Notes under the pieces: generated by a model
Seen by the model: only the letters and a program-made list of their open reading frames with translations
Database searches by the model: none
Told to the model about the DNA's origin: nothing
NCBI RefSeq assembly: GCF_009914755.1
Contig: NC_060944.1
DNA from: the human T2T-CHM13v2.0 reference genome, Homo sapiens
DNA: 64,000 nucleotides
Direction: 5' to 3' (one strand)
Program-made: the position numbers and the translations under genes
Shown here: positions 61,271 to 64,000 of the stretch, one piece after another
Layout: each line of letters opens with the position of its first letter
Numbering within the stretch: position 1 is the first letter of the stretch

Positions 61271-63932
61271 AGAATGTAAAAGCTAAGTCATCATTGTTAC
61301 AAGACAAAGAAAATTAAAAAAAAAATCAACCTGTTTAGAGATAGCTTATGAACCAATTAAGTCCTTTGCAACCTCAGTACCTTTGTAAAGCAGTTAGCTG
61401 ACTCCAGACTTGGGCATGATGCTTGTTTCACATGCCATAGCTAAATAAATCTAGTGAGTTTGAATAGCTGTTTTCAGTTTTTTTTTTTGAACTTAGGTAT
61501 TCACCAAAAAGCTTATCAATACTAACTTTCAAGAAAAAAAGATTTGTTTCCCTGTTTGGGTCAAACTATATTTCCCAAATTGGTATTTTATAACAGTTTC
61601 CAAAATGATATCCTAACTCAGTATTTTGAAGAATTTTAGCTTCAGAAAAATTCTCTAAGAATGAAAGGATTATTTTATGGGTCTTACATTCTTTTATACT
61701 ATTCAAGTTATCTTCTCTCCCCTTTTCAGAGTTTGGATAGATAGGGGAACTCCATTGGTTAAACCTAAAGCAGATACCTAACAAGTCAACATCCTCATTG
61801 TAAGTGGTCCTGCTGAATTCAGTAGGGTCTAGCAAACTTCCTTTAGTTAATTAATACATTAGCTGATTTGGGGCTGTACCATTATGGTTGTTTGTTATGA
61901 TAAGCCAGACAGGTGCTGTTCAGTTCATAATTTGGCTTCCTAGATGTAGAAGTCTCCGGCTTCTGAGCCAAAAAGCGAGCGGGCCCTGTCGTCCAGCTGG
62001 GTTCTGCTTCATTCTATGCATGGCGATACTGAGCACGGTGGTGGCTGGGTACATAACAAGCGCTCAGTAACTGTTTATCGAATTAGTGAATTGCAGAAAG
62101 AGTTAAGTGACCAGATGTCATTCGTACTTATGGAGTAGCTTATTGATGGAGTGCCATCTGGTTTCCACAGTCTTGTTATTATCTGTAACTGTTAATTGAT
62201 AGCCTAGCTGTTTAATCTGTCCAGTATGTTCAAGTCCCAAGTTGAAATTTTGAGGTTAATTAATGTTTTTTCCTCATATTTTGTACCCACCTAAACACCT
62301 TACAGTTAATAAAATGTTTAACCTTTTCTGGTATGAAAAATTCTACAAGTCAAAACACATGGTAGAATATATCTATGAATCATATTTTCTTTTGTGACTG
62401 CTACTCCTTTTTACAAGTTATTGGGAGAGGGAATGGGAGGGACTTAATTCTTCCCAGATTCCTGCTCTTATATAATGTAAAGGGAAAGGCCTAGAGTGAT
62501 GAAAACTTTTCTTGTCAAGTTTATGATTCTTGACCTTTTTAGAATGGTGTCTGTCTCAGTTGATTAGAAAAATAAAAGTACAGTTTCTTTGAAATACTGT
62601 AACTCATTATCTTCAAAAGCACTTCTACTCTTTAAAGCCTGTTTATGTCTAAAATGACGTTAAAAAAATACCCTTACAGGAGAGGGAAAATGGTATTTCT
62701 AGTTTGGGCTCCGGGGAACAAACACAGAGGTCTTTTTACCAGTCCTCAGAGAGGTAGTTGTGTGGCTGTGTGGGCCTAGAGTGTGTTTCAGCCGAGAGTC
62801 CCACAAAACCACCCTGGCAACGTTGATCTGATTAGTTTTCTCTATAAATTGTGTGGTGGCCCACTACATAAAAATGATTGTATCCATTTTAGAGAAAAAT
62901 GTTTCTCTAAAAAAATGAAATAAAACCCTATGTTAGTTTTTTTTTTTTATTTAGAACTAACAATTTAAAAACTTTATCGTATTTTTCTATTTTGTTACAA
63001 ACCATTTCAGAATCACCTTTTCTTAAATGACCAAACCAAATTTCTGAGGATTACCTTTTTTCCTGTAATTACTTGCTAAATTTCTGTATTTCCCTGTGGA
63101 TTTATATATCCTACTTTGGTGATTTTTTTTTCCAATTTACTAACTTGATTTGATATTAATATACAGAGAAACTGTTGCAAGTGAAACATTCTGAGCAATA
63201 ATAATTTTATTGACTTGGAAGCCTGGCTGTCTTGATTTCCAGTGTTTGCCTGCAGTGTTTAACTGACAACCCTGAGATTATTACCAAACGTTTATGATTT
63301 TTTAAAAAGCAGGAGAAGAGGTAGAGAGGGGAATGGAAAAAATGCTGTTTAAATTAGAAACTGCTTGTAGCAGTTCCATAGGGAGGCAGTTAACCCAAGT
63401 CACTTAAAATATGGTCACGATATTGAGAGTTAAATAATTTTACTTGGAGATGACTTCAAGAACAAATATCAAAAGGTCCAAATGAACTTAAAGGTACATC
63501 AAAGGGATTGCAGGGCAGCATGCATAGTTTCAAGAGTTACTTTGTGGAGGGTCATTTCTTCTGTGGGTTTACCCCCAATTTGGGGCCACATGTGACCTCG
63601 TGACTCCAGATTGATTCCTAGTGCCTCTGTGGACAAGGCCAGATGCTATCTCCTCTGGGGGAGCTGATGCCCCTCCTCTGCTGCCCCAGTTAGTGCTCAC
63701 CAAGCAGTTTTGGAAATCAGCTGGCCTCCCGTCTGTCACAGGGGAGCCCTAGACCATGGTGATGGAAATCTGCCCCTGCCTCTGCCCCTGGGACCACCCT
63801 GGGCAGAATAGTGTGGGTGCCTGTGCAGAGACCTTTCAGCCTTTGCCTGCAGTTGTGCTGGTGGAGACCCCAGTCCCAGCTCCTGGGAAGTGAATTCTGT
63901 GTGTGTCACATTGGTCTTTAAGTCAGGCCGTC

Positions 63933-64000
63933 TCTGTTAGTTGTTTAGTGCAGCATAGCAGGTTACTCCCAAACTCAGCAGCTCAACACAACAATAAACA
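63933..64000 (-). mobile_element. MLT1 LTR end (runs off the window)
   Basis: tgttagttgtttagtgcagcatagcaggttactcccaaactcagcagctcaacacaacaataaaca, similar to the start of 46672. Confidence 0.55.

Noticed and set aside
63400-64000. Possible 3' end of an antisense lncRNA recalled for this DTD1 intron
   Set aside because: This is only a recollection of annotation; no exon boundaries can be supported from the sequence.

Overview
Human (primate) intronic DNA from the DTD1 gene (D-aminoacyl-tRNA deacylase 1 / DUE-B, 20p11.23), transcribed on the + strand. The only coding segment I can support is a 107-bp internal exon at 17183-17289 (DGKFGAYMQVHIQNDGPVTIELESPAPGTATSDPKQ, containing the Gly-cisPro motif). 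Two antisense retrocopies are missed by the ORF track: a U6atac snRNA pseudogene at 83-202, which looks like the 5' part of a chimeric retrocopy, and a full-length processed DUXA double-homeobox pseudogene at about 31324-32663 with target-site duplications (TSDs) and two later Alu insertions. The rest is repeat-rich: about 30 Alus (including an AluYa5 chimera and close inverted pairs), L1, L2 and MIR fragments, four THE1/MST solo LTRs, Tigger3, MER45A/B, MER53, MER5 and microsatellites. The most intriguing arrangement is a sense THE1B LTR 65 bp upstream of the DTD1 exon that keeps the DUX4-type motif but has lost its polyA signal, and a second sense THE1B 26 kb downstream that has lost that motif but keeps its polyA signal. 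Repeat subfamily and gene names come from recalled consensus sequences, not from a search. Nearly all ORFs in the track are spurious.
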